This document shows, piece after piece, positions 10,107 through 23,400 of a stretch of DNA of 64,000 nucleotides; positions within the stretch are counted from its first letter, which is position 1, and each line of letters begins with the position of its first letter. A program made the translations under genes and the position numbers. The notes under the pieces were generated by a model, which ran no database searches, was not told the DNA's origin, and was given only the letters and a program-made list of their open reading frames with translations. Source of the DNA: Guillardia theta CCMP2712 (Eukaryota > Protista > Cryptophyta); contig NW_005434656.1 of NCBI RefSeq assembly GCF_000315625.1, forward strand, positions 231,741 through 295,740, written 5' to 3'.

Positions 10107-11969
10107 ATGTCCCCCATCAGCGTGTGCGTGACAATAGACAAGAGGAGCTGGAGGAAGCGAAAGGAGGATCGCAAATGCAGCCCCAACCTGAGCACGGACG
10201 GGGTGCTGAATACACACAAGGGGTCGTTTCACAGAAAGCATTCCCTGACAGTGATGGATATCAACCATGCCACCAAGGGTGCGAGCGGCGCTTCGCTCTT
10301 CTACTGTTCTCGGCCTCTGGAGGCAGCTCTGACAAGGAGACCTTTCCAGTTGATCATGCTCGTACTTGGAGGATACAGCCTCTTCTCTTTCTTCGCTTGC
10401 TGGTCCTTCGTACCTCGACATGATCATATCTCCGAGCTCCGTTTCATCACCTTGACTCTGAGAGGAGGCGACGACGTGGCCCTTGCGAGGGTCGGATCGT
10501 TTGGAGCTCTCTTGTATGGCAAAGAGCTTCGCCCGAGCAACGCTTCTCAGAGCGGAGCCATCGTTTCTTTGCAGTACGAGCACACTGTCTCAATGGACGG
10601 CTGGTACTTCACAACCAGCGAAGCTGACAAGCAACTCGATCCGATAAGGTTCCGTGTGGAAGCATATGACGTAGTCAAGGGCAAGTGGAAGGTTGTGGGC
10701 TCGTCAAGCTATCTCGTGTGCGTGAACACGTACATCTTTCTGGACACTCGTTTCCGCACCAACGAGACCCGAGGCTTCCAGCAGGTTTTCCAGGTGCAAG
10801 CGAGGAGCGCTTGGCCAGAGCTGATGGACAAGCTCGTAAGCGCCTTGTGCTTCTTCATCGGAGCTTTTGCTGCTGCTCATGGTCGTGCAGCCTTCGCGGC
10901 AAACTTGGCCGTCTGGACTTGTCTGATCCATGCCGTTGACTTCTTGTTCCTGGCGTCCCAGTCGTGGCTGTTCGGAACCAGGGCAGCGCCAGGAGACAAG
11001 AGCACATACCTGCTCGTGGTGCTCGGGATGGACTGGGTCTTATCCTTCGTTCTGCTTAGATGCCTGAAACAAGAGCATGTCGCTCGATTCTTCCAGATTC
11101 AAGGGTTCGGCTACTTCGTGCTCTTTCTCTACATGCGAGGTAAGCCCACGTTTGGCTCAGCAATCGGGCATGCATACATCATCTGTTCCATCATCTTCTA
11201 TGGGGGCGTGGGGATCTCGATACCGGCTTTCCGCAGTTATGAACTCTGGAGGGCAAAGCGGATGATTCAACCCGACGTGCTGCAGTACGAGGAGCTGTGG
11301 AGAAGATGTTTAAATACTCTCAGCCAACAGCTTGACCAGCTTGGCGAAGTGATCAGGCTCTACGAGAGCGCCTGCTCTGAAGACGGCAGACAGTACGTGC
11401 AGAGCTGTCCGACATCCTCTGGTCCTCTCGTGCCGGTCAAGAGCCTGGAAGAGCTGTACTCGCACAACGAAATCATCTCTGCCATCCTGAGGTCCAAGGT
11501 GCTGACATGGGCTGCGCGATGCGACGGGCTGCTGCATGCCATGGAGGAGCTGATCAGCGCGAGGGACTGCGAGGGCCCTGAGATGATGTCGCTCGTTAGA
11601 TGGAGCCCTACCAAGAAGAAATCGCGGGTTGTGGAGAAGGCCTTTAGGCTGTATCACGGGGACTTGTCAAAGGTTCTAGACGTCGTGAGGGAGTGCATCA
11701 TCTTCAATCGAGTTGAGGACCTGAAGGAGTGTATAGAAGAGATCTTCCACGACGAAGACATCGAGTTTGTTCGCATCAAGAACCGTCTGAGCAAAGATCA
11801 CTGCGCGCAAAGCACTGGAGGCTACAGGGATGTGCTGTTGAACCTGAGGCTCCGCTCGTTCATCTTCAAAGTTGTTGAGGTTCAACTTATCTTGCGGGAG
11901 TTCTCAGAGCTCAAGAGCGATGAAGGGCATGCGCGATACGTACAATACAGGAACTGCCTCTGCTCGTAG
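10107..11969 (+). CDS. Intronless multi-pass membrane protein with C-terminal RelA/SpoT-like (RSH synthetase-type nucleotidyltransferase) domain
   Basis: Single long ORF (first ATG 10107). About 6 hydrophobic segments. C-terminal motifs KKKSRVVEK, LDVVR, IKNRL, GGYRDV, VEVQL, GHARY occur in the order of RSH synthetase motifs. Confidence 0.78.
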   Translation: MSPISVCVTIDKRSWRKRKEDRKCSPNLSTDGVLNTHKGSFHRKHSLTVMDINHATKGASGASLFYCSRPLEAALTRRPFQLIMLVLGGYSLFSFFACWSFVPRHDHISELRFITLTLRGGDDVALARVGSFGALLYGKELRPSNASQSGAIVSLQYEHTVSMDGWYFTTSEADKQLDPIRFRVEAYDVVKGKWKVVGSSSYLVCVNTYIFLDTRFRTNETRGFQQVFQVQARSAWPELMDKLVSALCFFIGAFAAAHGRAAFAANLAVWTCLIHAVDFLFLASQSWLFGTRAAPGDKSTYLLVVLGMDWVLSFVLLRCLKQEHVARFFQIQGFGYFVLFLYMRGKPTFGSAIGHAYIICSIIFYGGVGISIPAFRSYELWRAKRMIQPDVLQYEELWRRCLNTLSQQLDQLGEVIRLYESACSEDGRQYVQSCPTSSGPLVPVKSLEELYSHNEIISAILRSKVLTWAARCDGLLHAMEELISARDCEGPEMMSLVRWSPTKKKSRVVEKAFRLYHGDLSKVLDVVRECIIFNRVEDLKECIEEIFHDEDIEFVRIKNRLSKDHCAQSTGGYRDVLLNLRLRSFIFKVVEVQLILREFSELKSDEGHARYVQYRNCLCS

Positions 11970-12452
11970 AGGCTCCTTTTTGCCATGTTGTCATTTTGAA
12001 TTTTTCGTCAATCTTGAGGAATCAGCCGATCAGACGCCTAATGTAGGCAAAATGTGCCAAACTTGCTATCGGAGTTGTCCGATTTTGAGATTTTAGATCA
12101 TCTGGAAGCTCTGATTGCGATTTTGAAAAAGCTGTGATTGCGATTTTAAAGTAATGTCGAAAGTATGTTATAAATGAATGAATCACTTGAAATTTGCATG
12201 CCGTCTCCGTCTTACACTGATTTATGTTACACCGATTTGTGTTTGTTCAAATGTTTACTTAGACTACTACTTGATCGATGATTTTAACCAAACAAAAAAG
12301 AAATGCATCTTGACACGATGCAGCTTGTAGCATTTATGATACATCTCTCTAGGTTTTCACGTGGGTGCGTGAAGCTAGCATACACGGGGGACCGCAAGCA
12401 ACAAGAGCATGGACGAGCACGCATGCGGGGCCATGATCACCTGGTCGGCAGA

Positions 12453-13982
12453 TCATGAGTCCTCGATCACGAAGCCTCCTTCAAGAAGCCCCTCGCTCAT
12501 CTCAACTCCATCAGACTCTAGCTCTGCCCTCGTCTTCATCGCCAGCGACCTCCAGTCGATGCTCATGATGTAGATTGACAAGCTCGTGAACAGCAGGAAC
12601 ACTCCCCACACCTGCCCCCACCACAGACCCAGGATGCCATGGCCGTAGTAAAAGCTCATCGTGAGACCCAAAGGGATCCCGATGAGGTAGCAGGCTACCA
12701 GGTTCGCAACCAGCCCCACCTGCTGCTTCCCCGAACCCAGCAGGATCCCGGACAGAGCCCCGTACCCCGAGTTGAACAGGAGGAAGAGCATCAGGGCTGG
12801 CGTGCATCTCGACACCAGGACGAAGGACTCCTCGCCCTGAAGGAAAGATGTCACCCACGTCCCCCTGCTTGCCCACAGGGGGACGATGATGAAGAATGCC
12901 GACAGCAGCGCCAGGAACACCGCCATCCCCGCTGACCTCTGCGCCGCCACCGGCAGCCCAGCCCCCAGCGCGTTCCCTACCCGAGTCCCTGCCGCGATCG
13001 CGATCCCCTCTCCTGTCGCGTACATGAAGTACGAGAAATTCACCAGCACCGTCTGCACAGCCGTCGCTGTCTCCCCGAACGCGCTCCCTACCACTCCCAG
13101 CACCTCATACGACCACCACTCCAGGCACACCATCCCTGCTCCCGTCAGCGCTAACCCCGCGAAGCCCCACAGCCCTGCCTTCGCCCCCCAGCTCCAGCCC
13201 TTCCACGTCTTCTTCTGGTAACCCCCGGCTGCGATCAGCCCTAGGAACACCACGTTCCCGCACGTGTACGCGCACAGCACCGCCACAGGCGCCCCGTACA
13301 ACCCAAGCCCCAGCATGTCCCGCTCGATCAGCAGCCACCCGAACATCCACGTGAACACCAGCACTGCGCATGAGACGGCCGTAATCGGCCGCAGGATCCC
13401 CTGCGCCTCCAGCCACACCTTGAGCAACTGCATCAGCGCCATCGGCGGCAGCGTCAGGATCTGCCAACGGATGAAGCTCCCCGCCATCCCCGCGATCGTC
13501 GGAGCGATCCCGCAGGCATGGAACATCTGCCCTGCAAATAGCCACAGCGTTGAGATAGCCGCCAGCACCACCCCCGCCACCACCATCGCCTGCTGCAGCA
13601 GCAGACCCACAAGCTCGTACTTCCTCGCCCCGTAGGCCTGCGACCCCAGCGTCCCCAGCGCAGTCGACGCGCCCGTGTACACTGCATGCCCGCTCATGTT
13701 GGATAGCATGAAAGCCAGCCCTGCCGCAGCAAGCTCTCGCTCCCCGAGCTTTGCCACGAAGGCCAGGCACACGATCTCCACACCCGTGTCGAGAGCATAC
13801 GAGACGGTGGGGGGTAAGGCATAGACGAGGAAACTCCAGAACTCCTTACGGAGAGCTTGCCCGTCCAAGAGACGTGCCTCAACAGTCTGCTGCTGGCTCA
13901 CTTCATATACCTTGGGTGTTTTGAAAATCTCAAGAATCTTTTTCGAATGGTGCGGCGTTGAACCAGATTTTTGCACGGTCAT
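12453..13982 (-). CDS. MATE-family multidrug/toxin efflux transporter (intronless, 509 aa)
   Basis: About 12 TM segments. Typical MATE motifs: LGERELAAAGLA, LGTLGSQAYGARKY, MVCLEWWSYE, TRVGNALGAG, LSGILLGSGKQ, YLIGIPLG, GILGLWWG. Confidence 0.95.
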   Translation of the reverse strand: MTVQKSGSTPHHSKKILEIFKTPKVYEVSQQQTVEARLLDGQALRKEFWSFLVYALPPTVSYALDTGVEIVCLAFVAKLGERELAAAGLAFMLSNMSGHAVYTGASTALGTLGSQAYGARKYELVGLLLQQAMVVAGVVLAAISTLWLFAGQMFHACGIAPTIAGMAGSFIRWQILTLPPMALMQLLKVWLEAQGILRPITAVSCAVLVFTWMFGWLLIERDMLGLGLYGAPVAVLCAYTCGNVVFLGLIAAGGYQKKTWKGWSWGAKAGLWGFAGLALTGAGMVCLEWWSYEVLGVVGSAFGETATAVQTVLVNFSYFMYATGEGIAIAAGTRVGNALGAGLPVAAQRSAGMAVFLALLSAFFIIVPLWASRGTWVTSFLQGEESFVLVSRCTPALMLFLLFNSGYGALSGILLGSGKQQVGLVANLVACYLIGIPLGLTMSFYYGHGILGLWWGQVWGVFLLFTSLSIYIMSIDWRSLAMKTRAELESDGVEMSEGLLEGGFVIEDS

Positions 13983-14659
13983 GGATGAGTTCTTTCTTTC
14001 GAGAGATGGCGGTGAAAGGGCCCTGAGTCTTTTGTAGTCCGGATCGCAGCTGGTTTTCTAGAATGAATTTTGAGAAAATCTCATCCTGTAAACGTTTCAA
14101 AGAAGTGTCAGCGACCGATATGCCGGGAGCAACAATTCTCGATGGCCATCAAACAATCGAGGCCACAAAACAAGAACCAAGTCCTTGAACAAGAACCATG
14201 ATAACATCTGACAGGCAAATGATGTGGCAAATATCAAAACTGGCAAGAGGATCTCCCTAGCGAAGCCTCACTGAAAGGTGGAAACGAACAGGACAAGGAT
14301 AACATTTCGTCACAACGACTCAAAAAGGTTGAAGGCTTTCGCATCCAGGAGCAGTTCGATCAAATGATCCTAAGTCCTACTACTCAATCATATGTCGACT
14401 CAGGAGTATACGGAGACAGGAGATGGAATAAGAGCGCGACACAGAAGCAGCACCTAGGAGAAAACAACGCGGGCGTTATGGCTCAGAAACGATTCGCCTT
14501 TTCGTCACAACTGGACTAATGTTTGTAGGTGGAGGTGGAGATGGATTGGGATCAAGAAGAGTTGCTGTAGATTATGACATCAAGAGCAAACGAGTAGGTG
14601 TAGAGGAGACCAGACAAGAGCAGAGGCGCGGAAAGGATAACATAGCCGCCTGAACCATC

Positions 14660-15035
14660 AGCTGGTGGGGGAGGAGCAAATTATCATGGGGGTGGGGGGT
14701 GATCAGATGCTTGTCTAGGGGGTAGTATGACAGGAAAAAGTACCCCTTGCATTGACAGACAATCCAAAGGGGTGGTGAAGATGGGAGGTACTACATTTCA
14801 GTAGAGTGGGTGGTGATGATACCGGTACTTTATACTAAACATTTACCAATTTTGCAGGGGTGGTCAGATCGTCGGTAGTGGGGTGGGTGATGCCCCTTCT
14901 TTCCCCAACAGATATTTTTTTTTGTTTCCCAAGACCCCTCCATTTCTATGGGGAAAGACCCACCTATGATGGGTGGTACACATTATGCTCTCCACCCCTC
15001 ATTTTCCCACCCTGAACAGGGAATCTGTGGGGTAC
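14660..15035. promoter_or_regulatory. GGGGT(A/G)G motif cluster in the divergent MATE/HMG intergenic region
   Basis: Many GGGGTGG/GGGGTAG copies followed by CACCC/CCCC copies. It shares AGGGGTGGTCAG-N4/5-CGGTAGT with 9333-9355. The regulatory role is inferred. Confidence 0.4.
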
Positions 15036-15689
15036 TGGAGCGAATCCTATAAAAGTCGAGATATTGGTCTCGAAAAATAATTTAATTGTTCAAATCTTCT
15101 AGTTATATGCACCCAGTATGGTACAAACTTTCATATATATAGTTTTAGACGACTCCTCGCCCATTGTAGCCTCCCCCCACATTCTGTACTTACAGGGCAG
15201 AACTCGTTACAAAGAGAACATTACTAGTACAAAATTCCCCGTTATATATACTTTTATATATTGTCTGTACTGCGATAAAGTCCTTTTCCATTGTACATGG
15301 CAACATGTGGTAGCACCGTAGTTTTAAAGCGAATAACTTGAAGATGGACAATTTATTTGAAATTGTATGATATATTTCCAAATAACAGAATTAAATCTTT
15401 CACAATTTTGAACAAATTGGTTACCCACCCTGTGATCCTGCATATCCCTCCTAGAAGATACCGGTGGTTCATCCCCCTGCTCCTCCTCACATCAAACAGG
15501 ATCTCTGCTCCTGAAGCCGCGCTGCCTCCCTAGAGACTGGACCCGTCTCTCAACCGCTTCTTTGTTCAGAACTAGGGAGAGTCTTCTCTCCCTCCCTCCT
15601 TTGCCGCCATCTCGTTTCAACACCCGTTTGATCGCTCTGGCGAAACTCAAGAAAACCTGGTTTCTAGCGAAGGAGCATTTTTCCCAAAC

Positions 15690-16187
15690 ATGTGGCAGCC
15701 ACCACCATCGATGATGAACCCTTACTTCATGCACCCTGCCTTCATTCCGTACCCGTATGTATACCCAGTCTATATGCCCCCAATGCCACCACAACCACCA
15801 CCTCCGCAAGTGCCGCAGTTGACCAAGAAGCAGCTGAAAGCAGAGAAAAGGAAGAAGAGGAGATTAGCCAAAGCTGAGGTGCTTCTGTTGCAGGTTGCTG
15901 CACATGCTGTCTCTGATACTGATCTGCAGGGCTGCCCTCGAAAACCCGCGACCTCCTTTGTAATGTTCTCCAATGCTCACAGAGAGGAAGTGAAGAAGGC
16001 AAACCCCACGTTGCCCATGATAGACATCGCGCGGAAGCTCGGCGAGATGTGGAGAGAGCTGGATCCCATGATACGCAAAGAGTGGGAAGACAGGGCAACG
16101 TCAGCAAAGGACGAGTACCTCGAGGCGAAGAAAGTATGGCTGGAACAACGGTCGTCCAACATTAATGGACTTTACAAGGATGAGTAG
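15690..16187 (+). CDS. HMG-box protein with Pro-rich N-terminus (probable intron ~15879-15929)
   Basis: PRKPATSFVMFSNAHREEVKKANPTLPMIDIARKLGEMWRELDPMIRKEWEDRATSAKDEY is a canonical HMG box; basic NLS-like KRKKRR precedes it. Confidence 0.9.
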   Translation: MWQPPPSMMNPYFMHPAFIPYPYVYPVYMPPMPPQPPPPQVPQLTKKQLKAEKRKKRRLAKAEVLLLQVAAHAVSDTDLQGCPRKPATSFVMFSNAHREEVKKANPTLPMIDIARKLGEMWRELDPMIRKEWEDRATSAKDEYLEAKKVWLEQRSSNINGLYKDE

Positions 16188-16344
16188 TTTAAACGACTTT
16201 TCCCGATAACGTAGGATTGTCTATCTCACTACAGCAGGAAAGCAACTTAAATGTTTTTGCCGGCGATAATGATGGCAACCAGTTAAAAATACTTCAATTT
16301 TGAATAGTGTGAATGAATGCTTTGAATACTTAGACTGGTATCTT

Positions 16345-17506
16345 CTACGCGTGCCCTTGATCACGGCACAACCTACAATCAGCCCTCACTGCTGAGATTT
16401 GCAACAGGACACCATCCAGCTCAGGAGAATGCTATTGAGGCGTCAGCATGGATGCCAACTCACTGTACCCAGCTGCATCGGCATGATCAGCCGCCGTGAA
16501 CCCAGTCCTGAGCAGGCGCTTGTCAGACTGTTGTCAAAGCAACATCTCATCAGCGAGCTCACTTGTCTTCGGCATGAAGAACCGATCCTAACTTGATGAG
16601 CTCGTGTACAACTTCAACCCTCCCTCCTGACGCTGCAGCTGCGGCCATCGCTTCACCATTACGTGTCGAGCGGCAATTACACTGCAGACCGTGCAAGGGA
16701 GTCGCCCCATAGTTGTTGCTGGAGGCAGGAGACGAGCCAGCGCGTACGAGTTCCCTGCAGAGAGCACGAGAGCATCTCTTCAGGAGGCTTGGAGCATGCA
16801 ACAGGACAGGAAGGGGATACCGCACTATCTCGACGTGGCCATTGTAGGCTGACACGTGCAATGCTGTGTCCCCGTCTTCGTTTGCCTTGAGGCAAGAGAA
16901 AGTGAGAGGGGGTGAGCTGTCAGAGAACAAGCACGCGTTCATGCATCAGGAGACAATCAGTACCACGTTCATGTCAGCCCCGCACTGGAGGAGAGCCTTG
17001 ACAAGGTCAGCCTGACCTTCAGCTGCAGCTGCAAAGAGGAAGCTTTGCGCAGTCTCAGAGGAACCGAGTGAGGTATGAGGCAACACCTTGGGCTCTCGAC
17101 ACATGCCTCATTCACACATGACAGAGGAATTCGAATTTCTTCTCCGTAGAGCTCACTGACAATCACATCATCCTGTATCTGTCAAAGGCATCAGGCGCGG
17201 ATCCAGCCATGCATGTCATTGTTTTACGAGAGTCTGGGCGACTCGCTCATGATTCGCCACTCTGTTTTCTGCAAAGATCGTGAGAGCAAGGACGAAGAGC
17301 AGCAACAGCCCACCCTCCGCTTGACTGCTCCCTCGAAGCATCGCCGCTCTCTTCCGCAACTCTTCCTGAGCGATGCCTCCTTTCAACCGCAGAAGTCGAG
17401 CTCCTCCACCCCCCATCCATGCCGAGTCGATCATGGTCGAAGCAACCATCGCCAGGTGGCAGGCCGCAAACACGAGGATCAAACTTGCCCTAGTCCCTCC
17501 CTTCAT
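16345..17506 (-). CDS. Ankyrin-repeat protein with N-terminal signal peptide and LRLKGG motif (multi-exon)
   Basis: Signal-like MKGGTRASLILVFAACHLAMVA, then ARLLRLKGG. Ankyrin repeats: GDTALHVSAYNGHVEIVR, GATPLH..AAASGGRVEVVHELIKLG. Confidence 0.75.
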
Positions 17507-17996
17507 CCTGAAGTCTTGCCTGCTTCACCTGTCTGCTTCACTCTTGTTGCTTGCTACTCTGTTCTATGGCCTTCTTCAACTTCTCCTCTATCTCGTCAGC
17601 AGAATGTCCCACGTAAGATCCAGCAATGCCAGGTGTGTTGGTTCTCCTGTTATGATAAAAGTTCCTCGTGCCAACCTGTGCCAACAAGCTCAACAGACGC
17701 TCCCCGTGCCTTCCCCCACACAACTCACAATCACAGCGATGATCGCACATATCGTGAGCCCTTCCACTACCGCATGCCTCTTGAACTTGTAGGAGCCGAA
17801 GACCTTCCTCCACGTCATGTTGCCGATCCCACTAGAGGGCAGGAGGGCAGGAGGGCAGGAGGGCAGGAGGGCAGGACCTGCGGGGCGCGAGGAGAGGGAA
17901 GGGGATGCGGGGAGGAGAGGATTCTCCGGGCAATCGCCCCTCGTCCCCGCTAATACCAGCTCATCTCCCTCATTCTCACCCCCGCCTCTCAGCACC

Positions 17997-20340
<2,344 letters not shown>

Positions 20341-20487
20341 GCAGGGACTGTGCTGATGAGAAAGTGTCGATCGTTGTATACAAGCGGGTTGATGTGGTCA
20401 GATCTGTGCAGTTGGCGATCAACAGCCGTTGCTGGGTGACGGGCAAGTCAATGATGACGCGTCATGTTTGTTGAGATTTGCTGTGTG

Positions 20488-23400
20488 TTATGCTTGATGG
20501 ATGTGCTTCTTGTTAAAGTGATTGAATCCGCGCGAGTTGCCGCTCATGCGCTCACTTCCCATCCTCCTCCTCCTCCTCCTCCTCCTCCCCCTCCCCCTCC
20601 CCCTTCTCTCCGCTGTCCCTTCTTCTCCTCTTCCTTTTCTCCCATCGCTCACCGTCAAGCTCGTAAGCTCTTCCTTTACTCGTATGGCTTCGGCGATGAC
20701 GCGTATGGGGATGATGCGAGCTGAAGGGGCATGAGGGCGACGCGATGGTGACCGGGACGAGAGAAGTCTTGAGGGGAGGAGACTCGGAGATGCGCGACGC
20801 TCCTGGGGGCAGCAGTGAGGGGAACGAGAAGAGCAGGAGGGGGAGAGGACCTGTTCTCCTTGTTGATGCCCTTCCTCGCGAACTTCTTGCCCTCTGAGTG
20901 TCTGCTCCTGCGTCACCGGAAGAGCGAGGAGGAGGAGGAGGAGGAGGAGGAGGAGGAGGAGGAGGAGGAGGAGAGGGTTCAAAAGAGGTGGGAAGGGGAG
21001 GGGGGGGGGTATGGAGAGAGAGAAGGGGCAGCGGATCACCTGCCAGGCATGAAGACTTGGAATTTGGACGCGAGCTTCTTGACGAGGGACTGGCGCTTGA
21101 GGTTCGTGGAGGGGGAGGCAACCTCTGCTGCTGTTCCTGCTGGGGAGAAGAAGGAGGAGACGGACGGGGAGCTTCTGTGGAGGACGGGAGACTCTTCTAC
21201 ATGCGGGCATGCACGGAGGAGGTTCGAGCCCACTAGCGCGTGCATCCTCCATTTGCTTGCGTCCTCCAGCAGCTTGTCCAGAAGACCCTGCGATCTCTCA
21301 GCCTCCTCCAGCTCTTCCCCAATGAATCCTCCTCCTCCTCCTCCTCCTCCTCCTGCCCCTCTCCTCCTCACAACGATCCTTTTCCGTTCCAGATATCTTC
21401 ATTGTGCCCTCCCCTCTGCTCTCACCGCTTGCAGCAGGGAGTTGGACATGGCGTTCTCCGTCTGTTTCTCGTCAGGCCCAGCGGGAAGGCAGTCGATGCT
21501 TACGGAAGCGTCTTCGGCAGCCAGCAGGCGAGCTTCGAGCATGGAGATCTACGAGGGCAACAAGATCGGAGGGAAGCAGGGGGGAAGGAGGAAGGAGGAA
21601 GGAGGAAGGAGGAAGGAGGAAGGAGGAAGGAAGGATAAGAGGTGAGGGATTAGGGAGGAAGAGAAGGAAGCAAGGAGGAGGAAGAGGGGAACAAGCTTAC
21701 CTGCTGCAAGAGTTCCAGCTCGCGGAGGTTCCAGGCATCGTCGACTTCGCTCGTATTCTTCCTCATCTCCTCTTGCCGTGCAGGAGCACCCTGCTCCACC
21801 TGCTCCTGGGAGAGCAGCTGGACTTGTGCCAACTGACAAATCTTGATCACAATTTTTGTCTCTCCTCCTCCCCGGCTCTCACCTTGGCCTCCTGCTCCGC
21901 AATCTTTCTTTCAGCTCCGCATTTTCACGCCGCAGTCTCTCGATCTCCTGCTGGTGCTGGTGCTGGTGCTGGTGCTGGTGCTGGTGCTGGTGCTGGTGCT
22001 GGTGCTGGTGCTGGTGCTGGTGCTGGTGCTGGTGCTGGTGCTCCTCCTGCTGGGTGTGCGGGTCCGGCAGGGGAGGGAACTCGAACAGCTGCATGCACGA
22101 GACGACTTCACAGCTCGGGCTGCAGCTGGCCTTCGCCGCCCTTCTCCTCTCCTGCTCCAGCCGTTTGACAACCTGGCGGGCAGCCCGGAGCCTGCTGGAC
22201 AGGACCCTCCTCTTGACGTAGGCGCAGATGACCTGCAGAGAAGAGGACAACCTGTCCTCCCTCCTGGCCTCCAGCTGGGACCAGACCAGGGAGGGGAGGA
22301 AGACCTTGGACTTTCCCAGCTGGAAGTCCTTGGGTGTCAAACCGGCGGAGAGGAGCACGTTCTCAGCTAGCAACCGAGCTGGGGGTCGATGCTGGAGTTC
22401 GACAGGGTCGACGTGCTGGGAAGGACCTGCTGGGGGGAGGTTGGGGGCAGGAGACAAGAGAAGCGGCTGAGAAATCGGGGGAAGGAGATCTTGATGGGGA
22501 AGCCGATGCTGGCGACCCTGCGGGGAAACGAAGAAAAGAGGGGAAATGCAAGTGAGCGAGGAGGAGGATGAAGAAGAAGAACACGACCATGACAATGATC
22601 ATGATGAATTGAAGGAGGAGGAGGAGGAGGAGGAGGAGGAGAAACATGATGGTGGAAGAGGAGGAGGTGGTTTCAGAGGAGATGATGGCAAAGGAGGGGG
22701 AAGAATAAAGAGAAAAGATTCGCACGACACAATCTACTCACTTGGCAGCTTGTAAGATCCCTGTTGCTCTGATCTGCTTGAGGACAAACACATCGTCGAA
22801 GGTGTCCGGTAGTTTCTTCTCGTTGGAGTTGATGCAGCGGATGAAGTGGGTCTGCGTTGAGCCCATGATCCCCTCCAAGGAAGTGAGCTGCTTGCGGAAC
22901 TTGGCAACGAGGCTCTTGCTCGTCCCACGGGAGCAGTCGGCGACTGGCTGCTTCCCCCCCCCGTGGACGTCGGCGATCTCGTGGAAGAGGAGGCGAAAGA
23001 ATCGGAAGTGACATCTGGAGAAGAAGTCCAACACGTCTCTCCCCACAGCGTCTCTGTTCTTGTCCACGAACGAGGTCCCGTTGTAGCAGACTTGACCGGC
23101 GTAATGGCTGATGACGAAGGTGAGGCTCGACCTCTTGGGTACCGTGAGCTTCTCGTGCTTGCTGGCGACGATCGTGCGGACTTTCAGCATGAGAGACTCG
23201 TCTGATCCGCCTGTAATCATCAACATCAACTTCTTGATCAACTTCTACATCATATGCAGCATCATCTTCTCCATCATCATCGTCGTCGTCGTCAATTCAC
23301 CATGGTTAACCATCATTGCAATGAGATGACAACATCGTCATCATCGTCTTCTCCATCACCATCACCATCACCATCACGAGCACTGTCACAATTGCTGCCA

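Noticed and set aside
10455-10475. LTLRGG in the RSH-like protein as a ubiquitin-like cleavage motif
   Set aside because: It is internal to a predicted folded ectodomain and a poorer match; probably chance.
12105-12150. Short direct repeat GCT(C/G)TGATTGCGATTTT
   Set aside because: Only two copies, in a 3' intergenic region; not enough to call an element.
14040-14640. Complex-looking sequence upstream of MATE, possible gene relic
   Set aside because: No ORF of 60 aa or more and no recognisable motif on either strand; left unannotated.
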